Shown here in pieces: positions 36,540 to 46,161 of a stretch of 64,000 nt of DNA. Numbering within the stretch: the stretch's first letter is position 1; each line of letters opens with the position of its first letter. The stretch covers positions 325 through 64,324 of the forward strand of contig NZ_CANLOB010000014.1 in the NCBI RefSeq assembly GCF_947492815.1. Reading direction: 5' to 3'. Source of the DNA: an uncultured Dokdonia sp. Lineage in GTDB: Bacteria > Bacteroidota > Bacteroidia > Flavobacteriales > Flavobacteriaceae. Made by a program: the position numbers and the translations under genes. The notes beneath the pieces were generated by a model. The model was not told where the DNA came from. It did not search any database and saw only the letters and a list, made by a program, of their open reading frames with translations.

Positions 36540-37157
36540 ATGTCAAAACGAAATGCACCCGAAGTAAATGCAGGATCTATGGCAGATATTGCCTTTTTAC
36601 TGCTTATCTTTTTTTTAGTCACCACCACCATTGATAAAGACAAAGGCATTGCTAGATTTCTTCCTATAGAAACAAATCCTGATCCAACACCTGTTAAAGA
36701 AAAAAACATCCTTCCTATTTTTATAAATATAGAAGGAGAATTTCTCGTAAATGAAACCATAACACCCATCGATGAGATCTCAGAAATAGCGTTTGATTTT
36801 ATTGATAATGGGGGCGCAAATAGCAATGACGAATTTTACTGTAGTTATTGTAAAGGTGATCGTGACCCTTTATCATCAGACAGCCCCAAAAAAGCAGTGA
36901 TTGCTATAGATGCTAATAGAAAATCTGCGTATAATGCATATATCTTATTACAAAATGAATTAGCAAAAGCCTATAATACCCTTCGCAATCGAGAGTCGCA
37001 ACGCTTGTTCGGATACGATTTCACAACCGTAAACAAGGAAGTACAAGAAGGTCGTTATAAAGGAAATATCGAAAAAACAAAAGCGCAACTAAAAGAGATC
37101 AAAGAACTGTACCCACTTTTAATTACAGATGCTCAAACGAAAAAACGAGAAATTTAA
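36540..37157 (+). CDS. exbD: ExbD/TolR-family biopolymer transport protein, orphan
   Basis: EVNAGSMADIAFLLLIFFLVTTT TM motif with the conserved Asp; no exbB nearby. Confidence 0.85.
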   Translation: MSKRNAPEVNAGSMADIAFLLLIFFLVTTTIDKDKGIARFLPIETNPDPTPVKEKNILPIFINIEGEFLVNETITPIDEISEIAFDFIDNGGANSNDEFYCSYCKGDRDPLSSDSPKKAVIAIDANRKSAYNAYILLQNELAKAYNTLRNRESQRLFGYDFTTVNKEVQEGRYKGNIEKTKAQLKEIKELYPLLITDAQTKKREI

Positions 37158-37182
37158 AAGAATACACTAATCATCAAGTGTA

Positions 37183-37233
37183 AAACACCCGTCAGTGAAC
37201 AACCATCATTCATTGAACGGGTGTTTGTTTTTT
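37183..37233 (+). terminator. Rho-independent terminator
   Basis: AAACACCCGT...ACGGGTGTTT stem followed by GTTTTTT, 25 bp after the exbD stop. Confidence 0.7.
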
Positions 37234-37242
37234 AATGCATTC

Positions 37243-37290
37243 GGTAGTTTCGATACTATTTTCGCGAAAAGCGAAAATCACTCAACCACC
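37243..37290. repeat. REP-like hairpin containing the TTTCGCGAAA core
   Basis: GGTAGTT...ATTTTCGC GAAAA GCGAAAAT...AACCACC. Confidence 0.55.
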
Positions 37291-37452
37291 TTATGATTCC
37301 AAATATAATTTAAAATACATCTACAAAAACATCTTTTTTAAGATGACGTTTTACAGATCCTGTCGAATAGATGGTTAGGGAGGTTATTTTATTGTCTCTA
37401 AGTTTTAGATACAATTACTTTTATTATTCTTCTGTTATTTAGACAAAATAAC

Positions 37453-37539
37453 ACACCCCTTAATCCCTTTTTACTAGAAGGGAAATTTCAGAATATGCGT
37501 ATGAGTATTCCCTCCTAAAAAGGAGGGTTAGGGAGGTGT
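37453..37539. repeat. C/G-run REP-like nested hairpin element
   Basis: ACACCCCTTAATCCCTTT...TTCCCTCCTAAAAAGGAGGGTTAGGGAGGTGT; related fragments near 8658 and 37372. Confidence 0.55.
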
Positions 37540-37586
37540 AGAAGAGATGAGAAACTTTTAATTGTAAATAATATGTTCCTTTAAAC

Positions 37587-37632
37587 TAAAAATAGAGTAC
37601 TGCTCTATTTTAGAGTACTACTCTATTTTTAA
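37587..37632. repeat. Tandemly duplicated hairpin
   Basis: AAAAATAGAGTACTGCTCTATTTTAGAGTACTACTCTATTTTT. Confidence 0.5.
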
Positions 37633-37654
37633 TGTTATACACCCCTAAAAAGTT

Positions 37655-37687
37655 CCTTCTACCCCTGGGAGAAGGCTAGGATGAGGG
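37655..37687. repeat. REP-like hairpin overlapping the nitrilase stop codon
   Basis: CCTTCT-ACCCCTGGG-AGAAGG then CTAGGATGAGGG; supplies the PSS-stop codons on the minus strand. Confidence 0.5.
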
Positions 37688-38641
37688 AGACAACTTAATC
37701 GTACTCTGACGTTCCCTATTCACACTTAATTGTGTGACATCTGGACGCGAGTAATGTCCTACCGCATCAAAGTTTTGTCGTTCTTCATACACTCGATTAA
37801 AATCAATAGTGTGGTATATATTCCCTTCCGTAGTGATATCTGGATGTACGATAAATTCTCCATCAGGCCCAGCAATACAAGACCCTCCATTTGACAGCAA
37901 TTCTGGCGCATTCTTTACCAACTCATCATAGTGAGGTGTGTCTTTTGGAAAATCTGACTTAAGCATTCTACTGGATACAGACACCACAAAAGAACGAGAC
38001 TCTCTTGCTATAAATCGGGTGATGTCTTTGGTGTTGTAATCACTTCCAGGCCAAACGGCAATATGTAAGTTTTCACCTTGCCCATATAAAGCTGCACGTG
38101 GTAACGGCATCCAGTTTTCCCAACAGTTTAATCCGCCAACGGTAAATTGTTTTAAAGGATGTACTTGCAATCCATGACCATCACCAGGCGCCCATGTTAA
38201 GCGTTCATCATAGGTAGGTTGTAATTTACGGTGTACAGATTGTATCTCCCCTTCTTGATTTATATAGACCAATGAGGCATATAAACTATGACCACCTCTA
38301 TCTTGTGGACGTTCAATAATACCTAAGTAAATGGCTATGTTATGCTTTCGCGAAAGCGCACACACTTCCTCTAAATCTCCTGCATCTATATCAACACAAT
38401 TACGAGCATAATGTGCATGCAGTTCTTTCACCACATCTTTATTCCACTCGGCGCCACCTGTAAGTGCTAACCAATACGGATAGCCAGGTAGTACACCTTC
38501 TCCAAATACAATGAGCTCTGCTCCTTCTTGAGCGGCTTCAGTAATGGATTTTTTAATTTTCTCTAAAGTTGCTTGTTTATTGAGCCAGACAGGAGCAATT
38601 TGTGCCATGGCAATTTTAAGATGATTCTCTGGTATTGTCAT
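37676..38641 (-). CDS. Nitrilase (carbon-nitrogen hydrolase)
   Basis: E-K-C triad motifs FGEG...PGYP, HRKLQPT, CWENWMP. Confidence 0.9.
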   Translation of the reverse strand: MTIPENHLKIAMAQIAPVWLNKQATLEKIKKSITEAAQEGAELIVFGEGVLPGYPYWLALTGGAEWNKDVVKELHAHYARNCVDIDAGDLEEVCALSRKHNIAIYLGIIERPQDRGGHSLYASLVYINQEGEIQSVHRKLQPTYDERLTWAPGDGHGLQVHPLKQFTVGGLNCWENWMPLPRAALYGQGENLHIAVWPGSDYNTKDITRFIARESRSFVVSVSSRMLKSDFPKDTPHYDELVKNAPELLSNGGSCIAGPDGEFIVHPDITTEGNIYHTIDFNRVYEERQNFDAVGHYSRPDVTQLSVNRERQSTIKLSPSS

Positions 38642-38773
38642 TCAAATTTTTTTCTAAAAATACAAAATTGACAGTCGTTTTTATTAGGATTCGCTTGCGC
38701 GAAAAACGTTAAATTTCATAGCACATACATGAAATGTAGAAATATTCCATATTTTTGGAATAAATCCTTTTCC

Positions 38774-40057
38774 ATGAACTTTGATCGAATTAAAGAAAAA
38801 CTCAATATCCTTGCAGATGCAGCAAAGTATGATGTTTCCTGTTCTTCTAGCGGAAGCAAACGTGCAAATAAAAACAAAGGATTAGGAGATAGTAGCGGCA
38901 TGGGTATTTGTCATAGCTATACCGAAGATGGACGATGTGTTTCTTTATTAAAAATTCTATTGACGAATCATTGCATTTTTGACTGTGCCTATTGTGTCAC
39001 TCGAAAAAGTAATGATATCAAGAGAGCCGCTTTTAAAGTTCAGGAGGTTGTTGATTTAACGATTAATTTCTACCGCAGAAACTATATAGAAGGACTGTTT
39101 TTAAGTAGTGGTATTTTTAAAAGTCCTGATTATACCATGGAACGACTTGTTGCCGTAGCAAAAAAGTTGCGAGAAGAAGAAAACTTTAATGGGTATATAC
39201 ACCTCAAATCGATTCCAGGCGCTAGTGATGAACTAATGCGCGAAGCAGGTCTATATGCAGATAGACTCTCTGTCAATATTGAAATCCCAACCGTATCTGG
39301 ACTCAAACTACTAGCTCCTGATAAAAAAAGAGAGGACTTTATAAAACCCATGCTAAAGGTTAAAAACGAAATCATTCAATATAAAAGTGAAAAGAAAATC
39401 ATTAAGAGCACACCCGTATATGCCCCTGCTGGTCAAAGCACGCAAATGATTATCGGAGCCACTGGCGAAACCGATGCACAAATCATGTATACAAGTGCTC
39501 ATTTTTATAAAAACTTTCACATGAAACGCGTCTACTACTCTGGGTATATCCCTATAAGTTATGACGATCGTTTGCCTTCTATCGGCACAGAAGTTCCTAT
39601 GTTACGAGAAAATAGGTTGTACCAAGCAGATTGGTTACTTCGGTTTTATGGATTTGATGTCAAAGAATTACTCACAAAAGAACATCCCAATCTCGATGCA
39701 GATATAGATCCAAAACTGAGTTGGGCTCTTAGAAATCTTGATAAATTCCCTGTAAATATTAATAAAGCCAGTAAGCATGTACTCGCTCGTATTCCTGGTG
39801 TAGGCATGCGATCTGTACATAAGATCATACACGCACGAAAATACCGAAACCTCAATTGGGAACATCTCAAAAATATAGGTATCGCAATGAATAGAGCTAA
39901 ATATTTTATTACCTGTGATTCTAAAGATTTTGAAACAAAAGACAGAACACCTGGTCAACTCAAAAGCCTAATCATGCAAGAGAGTGCTAGTAAGTTTAGA
40001 AAAGCATATAGCAACCAACTTAACTTATTTGACACACAAACGCCTCTTGTTATATAA
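38774..40057 (+). CDS. Putative DNA modification/repair radical SAM protein (TIGR03916-like)
   Basis: CIFDCAYC Fe-S motif; GICHS, STQMIIG, RENRLYQADWL; HhH motif RIPGVG; start moved to ATG at 38774. Confidence 0.9.
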   Translation: MNFDRIKEKLNILADAAKYDVSCSSSGSKRANKNKGLGDSSGMGICHSYTEDGRCVSLLKILLTNHCIFDCAYCVTRKSNDIKRAAFKVQEVVDLTINFYRRNYIEGLFLSSGIFKSPDYTMERLVAVAKKLREEENFNGYIHLKSIPGASDELMREAGLYADRLSVNIEIPTVSGLKLLAPDKKREDFIKPMLKVKNEIIQYKSEKKIIKSTPVYAPAGQSTQMIIGATGETDAQIMYTSAHFYKNFHMKRVYYSGYIPISYDDRLPSIGTEVPMLRENRLYQADWLLRFYGFDVKELLTKEHPNLDADIDPKLSWALRNLDKFPVNINKASKHVLARIPGVGMRSVHKIIHARKYRNLNWEHLKNIGIAMNRAKYFITCDSKDFETKDRTPGQLKSLIMQESASKFRKAYSNQLNLFDTQTPLVI

Positions 40058-40070
40058 TACCAATATCACC

Positions 40071-40835
40071 ATGGCTATTTACAGATATGACAGTACTTTT
40101 GAAGGGTTTCTCTCTTGTGTGTTTGAGTATTATGAGCAAAAACCTGCATCGTTATCTATTGTTCCTAATCATCATAATGCACTCTCTATTTTTGACACGA
40201 AAGAAACTATCATTACAGATCCTATAAAGGCAGAACGAGTTTGGAAAGGCCTCAAACAAACTGGAGGGGCCAAAACCACAACAGCTATCTACCGAGCTTT
40301 TTTAAGTGAGAAAGAAGGCATTGAAAATACACTACTCTCTTATATTATAAAACTTTTTAAACATCAAACATCTATAGAAGACTATACTGATTTTGACGTA
40401 GTTCAGATACGAAAAACAGTTAAAATGGTAGGGCGAGAAAAACATCGTATGGATGCTTTTGTACGCTTTCGCGAAACAAAGGACGGTATCTATTTTGCCA
40501 CAGTAGCACCAGATTTTAATGTCTTACCCTTAATCTCAACTCATTTTAAAAAGCGATATGCAGATCAAAAATGGTTGATTTACGATCTCAACCGAAAGTA
40601 CGGTATCTATTATGACCTCTACACAGTAGAAACTATTGAACTAGCCCTCGCATCTGATATTAATACACCATCAAAAGCCACAATTTACTTTACAGAAGAA
40701 GAACTACAATACGAAGCATTATGGCAAAACTATTTTAAGAGTACCAATATTGCATCAAGAAAAAACATGAGATTACACCTACAGCATGTCCCAAAAAGAT
40801 ACTGGAAGTATTTAAGCGAGAAAAGACCTTCTTAA
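40071..40835 (+). CDS. TIGR03915/DUF4130-family putative DNA metabolism protein
   Basis: YDSTFEGFL, REKHRMDAFVRF, PDFNVLP, PKRYWKYL; usual partner of the upstream radical SAM; start at ATG 40071. Confidence 0.88.
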   Translation: MAIYRYDSTFEGFLSCVFEYYEQKPASLSIVPNHHNALSIFDTKETIITDPIKAERVWKGLKQTGGAKTTTAIYRAFLSEKEGIENTLLSYIIKLFKHQTSIEDYTDFDVVQIRKTVKMVGREKHRMDAFVRFRETKDGIYFATVAPDFNVLPLISTHFKKRYADQKWLIYDLNRKYGIYYDLYTVETIELALASDINTPSKATIYFTEEELQYEALWQNYFKSTNIASRKNMRLHLQHVPKRYWKYLSEKRPS

Positions 40836-40850
40836 ATCTGCAGTATACGA

Positions 40851-41756
40851 TTAAGTAATAAATCGTAACCATTCATTAGGTTTGATAAGGACGATACAAA
40901 AAACACCTGCTACAATAATAAACTTTAAAATATTATGTAATAATAAATAATGAAGTTTTGCTTGTGATTTCCATAAGGCTCCTAAAAAAAGAAGTAATGC
41001 AATCACACTTGCATAAAAGTAAAAATCCATATACCCTACTTCAAAGTGATTGATTAAAAAGTAAACGGGTATCACTGTAAAACCTGCAAGTGCCGTTAGC
41101 ATCCATTTGGATGTTTTTTCTCCAAACACAATAGGAATTGTTCGATACCCTTGTGTCAAATCTCCCTTTAAATTTTCTAAATCTTTTGTGAGTTCGCGCA
41201 TTGCAATCACCAAAAACAAAAAACTAGCATGTACAAAAATGACAGTATCGAGGTTTTTGTAATACAAAAAGGTAGCAAAGAAAGGAGTAATGGCAAGTAT
41301 AGCTGCCGTAAGGTTCCCTATAAAAGGCCTCTTCTTTAACTTATGAGAATACAACCAGATTCCAAAAATATAAATCGCAAAAAATACTACTGCTCTAAAT
41401 GACACATAGCTCGCTGCAATGACAGCTAGAAAATTGAGTACAAAATAAAAAGAGAGTTTGGTATTCTGACTTACCAATCGATCTAACATTGTTTTACGTG
41501 GTCTATTAATGAAATCTTTTTCTGAATCGTAAAAATTATTAATAATATAGCCTCCAGCAATGGTTGCCGCAGAAGCAATAACAAGCATAAAAAGATTTAA
41601 ATCAAAAACAACTTCTCGTAATGTTCTACCTGAGGATAGTATAAATATAGACGCAAGATATTGGGCAAGTACAATCACCAAAATATTATAACCTCTCACG
41701 ACAGAAAACAAACTAAACATCTTAAGAAGTGTTCGTTTATTTTTTCGCGAAAGCAT
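40851..41756 (-). CDS. UbiA-family prenyltransferase (DGGGP synthase-like)
   Basis: INNFYDSEKDFINRP and RELTKDLENLKGD Asp-rich motifs; about 9 TM helices. Confidence 0.8.
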   Translation of the reverse strand: MLSRKNKRTLLKMFSLFSVVRGYNILVIVLAQYLASIFILSSGRTLREVVFDLNLFMLVIASAATIAGGYIINNFYDSEKDFINRPRKTMLDRLVSQNTKLSFYFVLNFLAVIAASYVSFRAVVFFAIYIFGIWLYSHKLKKRPFIGNLTAAILAITPFFATFLYYKNLDTVIFVHASFLFLVIAMRELTKDLENLKGDLTQGYRTIPIVFGEKTSKWMLTALAGFTVIPVYFLINHFEVGYMDFYFYASVIALLLFLGALWKSQAKLHYLLLHNILKFIIVAGVFCIVLIKPNEWLRFIT

Positions 41757-41782
41757 ATAAAAAATCCTTGTAAAGGGTACTG

Positions 41783-42721
41783 TTAAAAATTATAGACAAC
41801 TTCTAGTTTGTGTGCATGTAATGCTTTACGTGCTTTATCTATATCTTGGGTAAACCCTAAAATATAGCCACCACCACCAGAACCACAAAGTTTTAGATAG
41901 TAATCATTACTTTCTATACCTTGTTTCCAAAGCGTATGAAATGCTTTTGGTATCATTGGTTTGAAGTTACTTAAAACCACTTTAGACAGTTGCTTTACAT
42001 TTCCAAAAAGCGATTTCACATCTCCTTTTAAGAAATCATCTACACAAGCATCTGTATGTTTTACAAACTGATCTTTAAGCATGTTACGGAAACCTTCTTG
42101 CTTCATGTTTTCCATAAAGATATTTACCATAGGAGCTGTTTCTCCTACAATACCACTATCTAATAAAAACACAGCTCCTTTTCCTTCTTGTTCTTGTGAA
42201 GGAATACCAGCAGGTTCAATATTATCTTTACTATTGATAAGAATAGGCAAGCTTAAGTAACTATTTAAAGGATCTAATCCTGAAGATTTTCCATGGAAGA
42301 AAGATTCCATCGCTCCAAAAACTGCTTTCAACTTTAAAAGTTTTTCTCTCGTTAGGTTTTCTAATACTGTAATTTTTTCAGTAGCGTATTTATCATAAAT
42401 AGCGGCTACTAAAGCACCACTACTTCCCACACCGTATCCTTGTGGAATACTAGAATCAAAATACATTCCTTTGGCTAAATCTTGAGACAAACGTTCAATA
42501 TCAAACTGAACAAGTACATCTTCAGACTGTGATAATGTTGATAAGTGTGTCGCAAATTGAGTTAACTTCTCATTGGAATCTAGCGCTTCTTCTGATGTGT
42601 TACCATCACATTTAAGTGCTCCGTTGTAAAAGTTATAAGGAATTGAGAGTCCTTTTGAATCTTTAATGATTCCATATTCTCCAAAAAGAAGAATTTTAGA
42701 ATAAAATAAGGGGCCTTTCAT
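41783..42721 (-). CDS. mvk: Mevalonate kinase family (GHMP kinase)
   Basis: KILLFGEY, PQGYGVGSSGA, SSGLDP, KLCGSGGGG. Confidence 0.85.
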   Translation of the reverse strand: MKGPLFYSKILLFGEYGIIKDSKGLSIPYNFYNGALKCDGNTSEEALDSNEKLTQFATHLSTLSQSEDVLVQFDIERLSQDLAKGMYFDSSIPQGYGVGSSGALVAAIYDKYATEKITVLENLTREKLLKLKAVFGAMESFFHGKSSGLDPLNSYLSLPILINSKDNIEPAGIPSQEQEGKGAVFLLDSGIVGETAPMVNIFMENMKQEGFRNMLKDQFVKHTDACVDDFLKGDVKSLFGNVKQLSKVVLSNFKPMIPKAFHTLWKQGIESNDYYLKLCGSGGGGYILGFTQDIDKARKALHAHKLEVVYNF

Positions 42722-42750
42722 AGTTGTAGGTTAACTTAGTATATACAAAT

Positions 42751-43827
42751 TTACAATTTTTTTGCTCCATTTCCCACGCAATCATTAATATAGTGGCTGT
42801 TTTGGCAAAATTTTGACAATTCGTTTTCTATAAAAAGGTGTATTTCTTCAGTTTCTTTTTGAGGATATAACACATGTACATTTGCTCCTGCATCTAGTGT
42901 AAAACATACTTTTGAGTCTGTTTTTTCTCTATATGCCCAGATGCGATTTATGATTTCTAGTGTATTAGGTTTCATTAATATAAAGTAAGGATGGCTCGTC
43001 ATCATCATGGCATGTAATGTGAGCGCTTCACTTTCTACAATAGCAATAAAGGCATCCAAATCTCCAGATTGCAATACTGTTTTTAACTGAACTAAATTGT
43101 CGTATGCCTGATTAAATCTCGCTTTCGCGAAAGCATGCCCATACATCAACCCATGTCCTACAGTGCTACTTACTTGTTTCTCTCCTTTATCTACCAATAA
43201 GATCGTGTCTTGATAATCTTGAAAATTAGCATGTACTTCATAAGGGTATTCTGTACCGTATAGATCACTACTATTTGCAATATCTTGATGCGCTCCCCAA
43301 ACGATGAGTGGCCCCTCTAAACTTCGACAAGCACTTCCTGAACCTAACCGAGATAAAAAGGAAGCTTTTTGCATAAAATAGCTTTCTGTCATTTCAGGAG
43401 AAAGTTGGCGTTCTATATCCATAATACATAGGGACAACGCACTCATTCCAGATGCAGAAGAGGCAATTCCCGAACTATGTGGAAACGAATTGGATGTTTC
43501 AATCTTAAAACTGTAACTCGTTATAAACGGGACGTATTTTTCTATGCGTTTAAAAAAGCTAGCAATCTTTGGCTCAAAACCTTCTTCTTTAGTTCCATCT
43601 AAATATACTTCAAATTCAAATCCAGCCGTTTCTTTGGGAGTATATGCCAAGGTTGTGATGGTATGACAATTACTTAACGTAAAACTTATACTAGCGTTTT
43701 GAGGTAGTTGTTCTCCATGTTTTCCCCAGTATTTAACTAAAGCGATATTACTAGGAGATTGCCAACACACCGAACCTGCAGACACTACAGGAATATTTGA
43801 ATTTAAAACAAAAGAATCTTCAGACAT
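42751..43827 (-). CDS. mvaD: Diphosphomevalonate decarboxylase
   Basis: SPSNIALVKYWGK, PHSSGIASSASG, GSGSACRS, DAGANVH. Confidence 0.92.
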   Translation of the reverse strand: MSEDSFVLNSNIPVVSAGSVCWQSPSNIALVKYWGKHGEQLPQNASISFTLSNCHTITTLAYTPKETAGFEFEVYLDGTKEEGFEPKIASFFKRIEKYVPFITSYSFKIETSNSFPHSSGIASSASGMSALSLCIMDIERQLSPEMTESYFMQKASFLSRLGSGSACRSLEGPLIVWGAHQDIANSSDLYGTEYPYEVHANFQDYQDTILLVDKGEKQVSSTVGHGLMYGHAFAKARFNQAYDNLVQLKTVLQSGDLDAFIAIVESEALTLHAMMMTSHPYFILMKPNTLEIINRIWAYREKTDSKVCFTLDAGANVHVLYPQKETEEIHLFIENELSKFCQNSHYINDCVGNGAKKL

Positions 43828-43920
43828 ATACTATATATAGGTTTTGGCAAAGATAACTGTTGTCTTTCTATTATTTGTATGGAAATCTTTAGGAGTTTTT
43901 TCATAAATTGGTATAACCAA

Positions 43921-44397
43921 ATGAAAAAACGCCTCCTCATAAGAATTTTAATTTCGGTAATAGTCTGCCTCTCCATAGGTGGTATTGGTGCCGTAGCTAC
44001 ACAATCTAGTATTACAGATTGGTATGTCACACTTAACAAACCTAGTTTTAATCCTCCTAATTGGATTTTTGGTCCCGTTTGGACAGTCCTATATATTATG
44101 ATGGGAATTGCAGTTGCCTTAGTATGGAATAAAGGGTTTTATCATAAATGGGTGCAAACTGCTTTATACCATTTTGGTTTTCAATTGATTTTAAATGCGA
44201 TGTGGAGTATTTTATTTTTTGGAATGAAAAAACCATCATGGGCACTCATCAATATTGTGATGTTGTTTGTATTGATACTATTTACCATTAAATGGTTTAA
44301 AGTGGTAGACAAGCGCGCTGCTTATTTACTAATTCCTTATGCTTGTTGGGTTTCTTTTGCGACAGTGCTCAACTTTGAGATTTGGAGATTGAATTAA
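43921..44397 (+). CDS. tspO: TspO/MBR tryptophan-rich sensory protein
   Basis: WYVTLNKPSFNPPNWIFGPVWT, LLIPYACWVSFA; start moved to ATG at 43921. Confidence 0.92.
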   Translation: MKKRLLIRILISVIVCLSIGGIGAVATQSSITDWYVTLNKPSFNPPNWIFGPVWTVLYIMMGIAVALVWNKGFYHKWVQTALYHFGFQLILNAMWSILFFGMKKPSWALINIVMLFVLILFTIKWFKVVDKRAAYLLIPYACWVSFATVLNFEIWRLN

Positions 44398-44428
44398 ATA
44401 GTATAAAATAATTGGCTTATTTTCTTTA

Positions 44429-44680
44429 TACGCTTTCGCGAAAGCGAACTTGTGAGACCAGCAGGCAGGCAGGTTCATGACTAATAAGGAGAGTGGCATT
44501 AAACCCGCATTATTCAATAAAACTTCATGATGAGGGTTGAAACAGCAATAAAATATGGCATTTTCTGAGTTTTAGCATAGCATCGCTATGGTTAAACTTA
44601 AAAACGTATTGCAGTGATATATTTTACAGCAGTTTCAAGACGGAATAGATTTTCTATTGCATAATGCGGGTTAAAGTGTA
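44429..44680 (-). repeat. Family A element copy 3 (inverted), interrupted by a MITE
   Basis: Reverse complement matches copies 1 and 2 once 44503-44671 and one TAA are removed. Confidence 0.7.
44503..44671. mobile_element. Non-autonomous MITE with ACCC-terminated inverted repeats
   Basis: ACCCGCATTATTCAATA / TATTGCATAATGCGGGT (16/17 match), flanked by TAA direct repeats; no ORF. Confidence 0.7.
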
Positions 44681-44689
44681 TATCACACA

Positions 44690-45916
44690 TTACTTATTTG
44701 TAATAGCTTCTGCTATCATATGCCCTCCTGTCCACGCATTTTGAAAATTAAATCCTCCTGTAATGGCATCGATATTAAGGACCTCTCCTGCTAAATAAAG
44801 ATGATCTTGCACTTTACTTTCAAAAGTTTTAAAATTAACTTCTTTAAGGTTGACTCCACCTGCCGTCACAAATTCTTCCTTAAATGTACTCTTCCCCTTT
44901 ATTTCATAAATACCACCAGTAAGTTCTTTGCTCAAAGATTGTAATTGACTTTTTGTAAGATCTGCCCACTTTGCTCCTTCTTTAATAGTTGAAGCTGTAA
45001 GTAAGCTTTGCCAAAGTCTTTTAGGCAAATCAAATTGCGTATAGGTATAAGGAGATTGTCTTGCTAATGACTGTTTATACTCTTTTAATAGAGCCATCAC
45101 ATCATCTTGCGATTCATATAACAACCAATTAACTTTAATAGTAAATTGATAATTCATCGCAGCCAGCTCTCTAGCACCCCAAGCAGAAAGTTTTAAAATA
45201 CCAGGACCACTCAATCCCCAGTGCGTAATAAGTAAAGGCCCTTCTGATTGTAATTTTGTTCCTAAAATCTTAACAGAGGCTTCTGAAGAAAGCCCCATTA
45301 AATCTTTTATACGGTTATCTTTACTATTAAACGTAAATAGGGAAGGTACTGCTGGTGTTATTGTGTGTCCTAATGTTTCTAATTGCTTCCACATTTTTGG
45401 ATTACTACCTGTAGTTACAATTAATGTATCACATGTAAAAGGGTGTTGAGAAGTTTCTAAAAGCCAATGAATATCATTTTTTTCTATCTTTTGAACGGAA
45501 TGGTTCTTATAGATTTCAATATCATATTTTTTTGCTTCTTTTAAAAAGCAATCTATAATAGTGGTAGAAGAATCAGATATTGGAAACATACGACCATCTT
45601 CTTCTATTTTAAGTAACACTCCTCGTTCTTCAAACCATGCAATGGTATCACCTGTCATAAATGTATGAAAAGGCCCTAAAAGTTCTTTTTCTCCACGAGG
45701 ATAATTTTTTGACAATTCTTTTGGAACAAATTCGGCATGGGTTACATTACATCTACCGCCTCCAGAAATACGAACTTTTGTTAATACTTCTTTACCTCTT
45801 TCTAAAATTAGAATAGAAACATCTGGTTTTCTTGAAGCAATATTAATGGCTGTAAAAAAACCTGCAGCACCTCCTCCTATTATAATAATATCTTTATGCA
45901 ATACCGTAGTCTTCAA
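44690..45916 (-). CDS. HI0933/YhiN/BaiN-family flavoprotein
   Basis: IIGGGAAG, KVRISGGGRCNVT, FVTAGGV, GEVLNIDAITGGFNFQNAW. Confidence 0.92.
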   Translation of the reverse strand: MKTTVLHKDIIIIGGGAAGFFTAINIASRKPDVSILILERGKEVLTKVRISGGGRCNVTHAEFVPKELSKNYPRGEKELLGPFHTFMTGDTIAWFEERGVLLKIEEDGRMFPISDSSTTIIDCFLKEAKKYDIEIYKNHSVQKIEKNDIHWLLETSQHPFTCDTLIVTTGSNPKMWKQLETLGHTITPAVPSLFTFNSKDNRIKDLMGLSSEASVKILGTKLQSEGPLLITHWGLSGPGILKLSAWGARELAAMNYQFTIKVNWLLYESQDDVMALLKEYKQSLARQSPYTYTQFDLPKRLWQSLLTASTIKEGAKWADLTKSQLQSLSKELTGGIYEIKGKSTFKEEFVTAGGVNLKEVNFKTFESKVQDHLYLAGEVLNIDAITGGFNFQNAWTGGHMIAEAITNK

Positions 45917-46145
45917 AAATACTTTTTACACAAATATACGTTGCCATTTTGAAGATAAGCTCCATTTATTTTTTTAAAAACATCAAGTTTATTTTAACGA
46001 AAATTATGTTACTATAATTTATCGTTGATATTATATAAATCTATAACTCATTACAAATTTGATATTATAGACTATTCTTTTTTAAGAACTCATCAAAAAA
46101 AACACTAAAATTTTCACAGAAAACAATACAAAAAGCCTTTTAAAC

Positions 46146-46161
46146 ACGAAAACGTTTTCGT
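46146..46161. promoter_or_regulatory. Perfect 16-bp LacI-family-type operator upstream of susC
   Basis: ACGAAAACGTTTTCGT; lies at the -33 position of a TATTTTTG -7 element (46175-46182). Confidence 0.65.

Noticed and set aside
38729-38773. Longer N-termini from the ORF track (also at 39984, 43879, 51098, 57786, 61039, 63305)
   Set aside because: The extensions overlap upstream genes or terminators; downstream starts give canonical N-termini or signal peptides
46146-46161. PurR box
   Set aside because: Resembles the enterobacterial PurR consensus, but the core is generic to LacI-family operators and no purine genes are nearby
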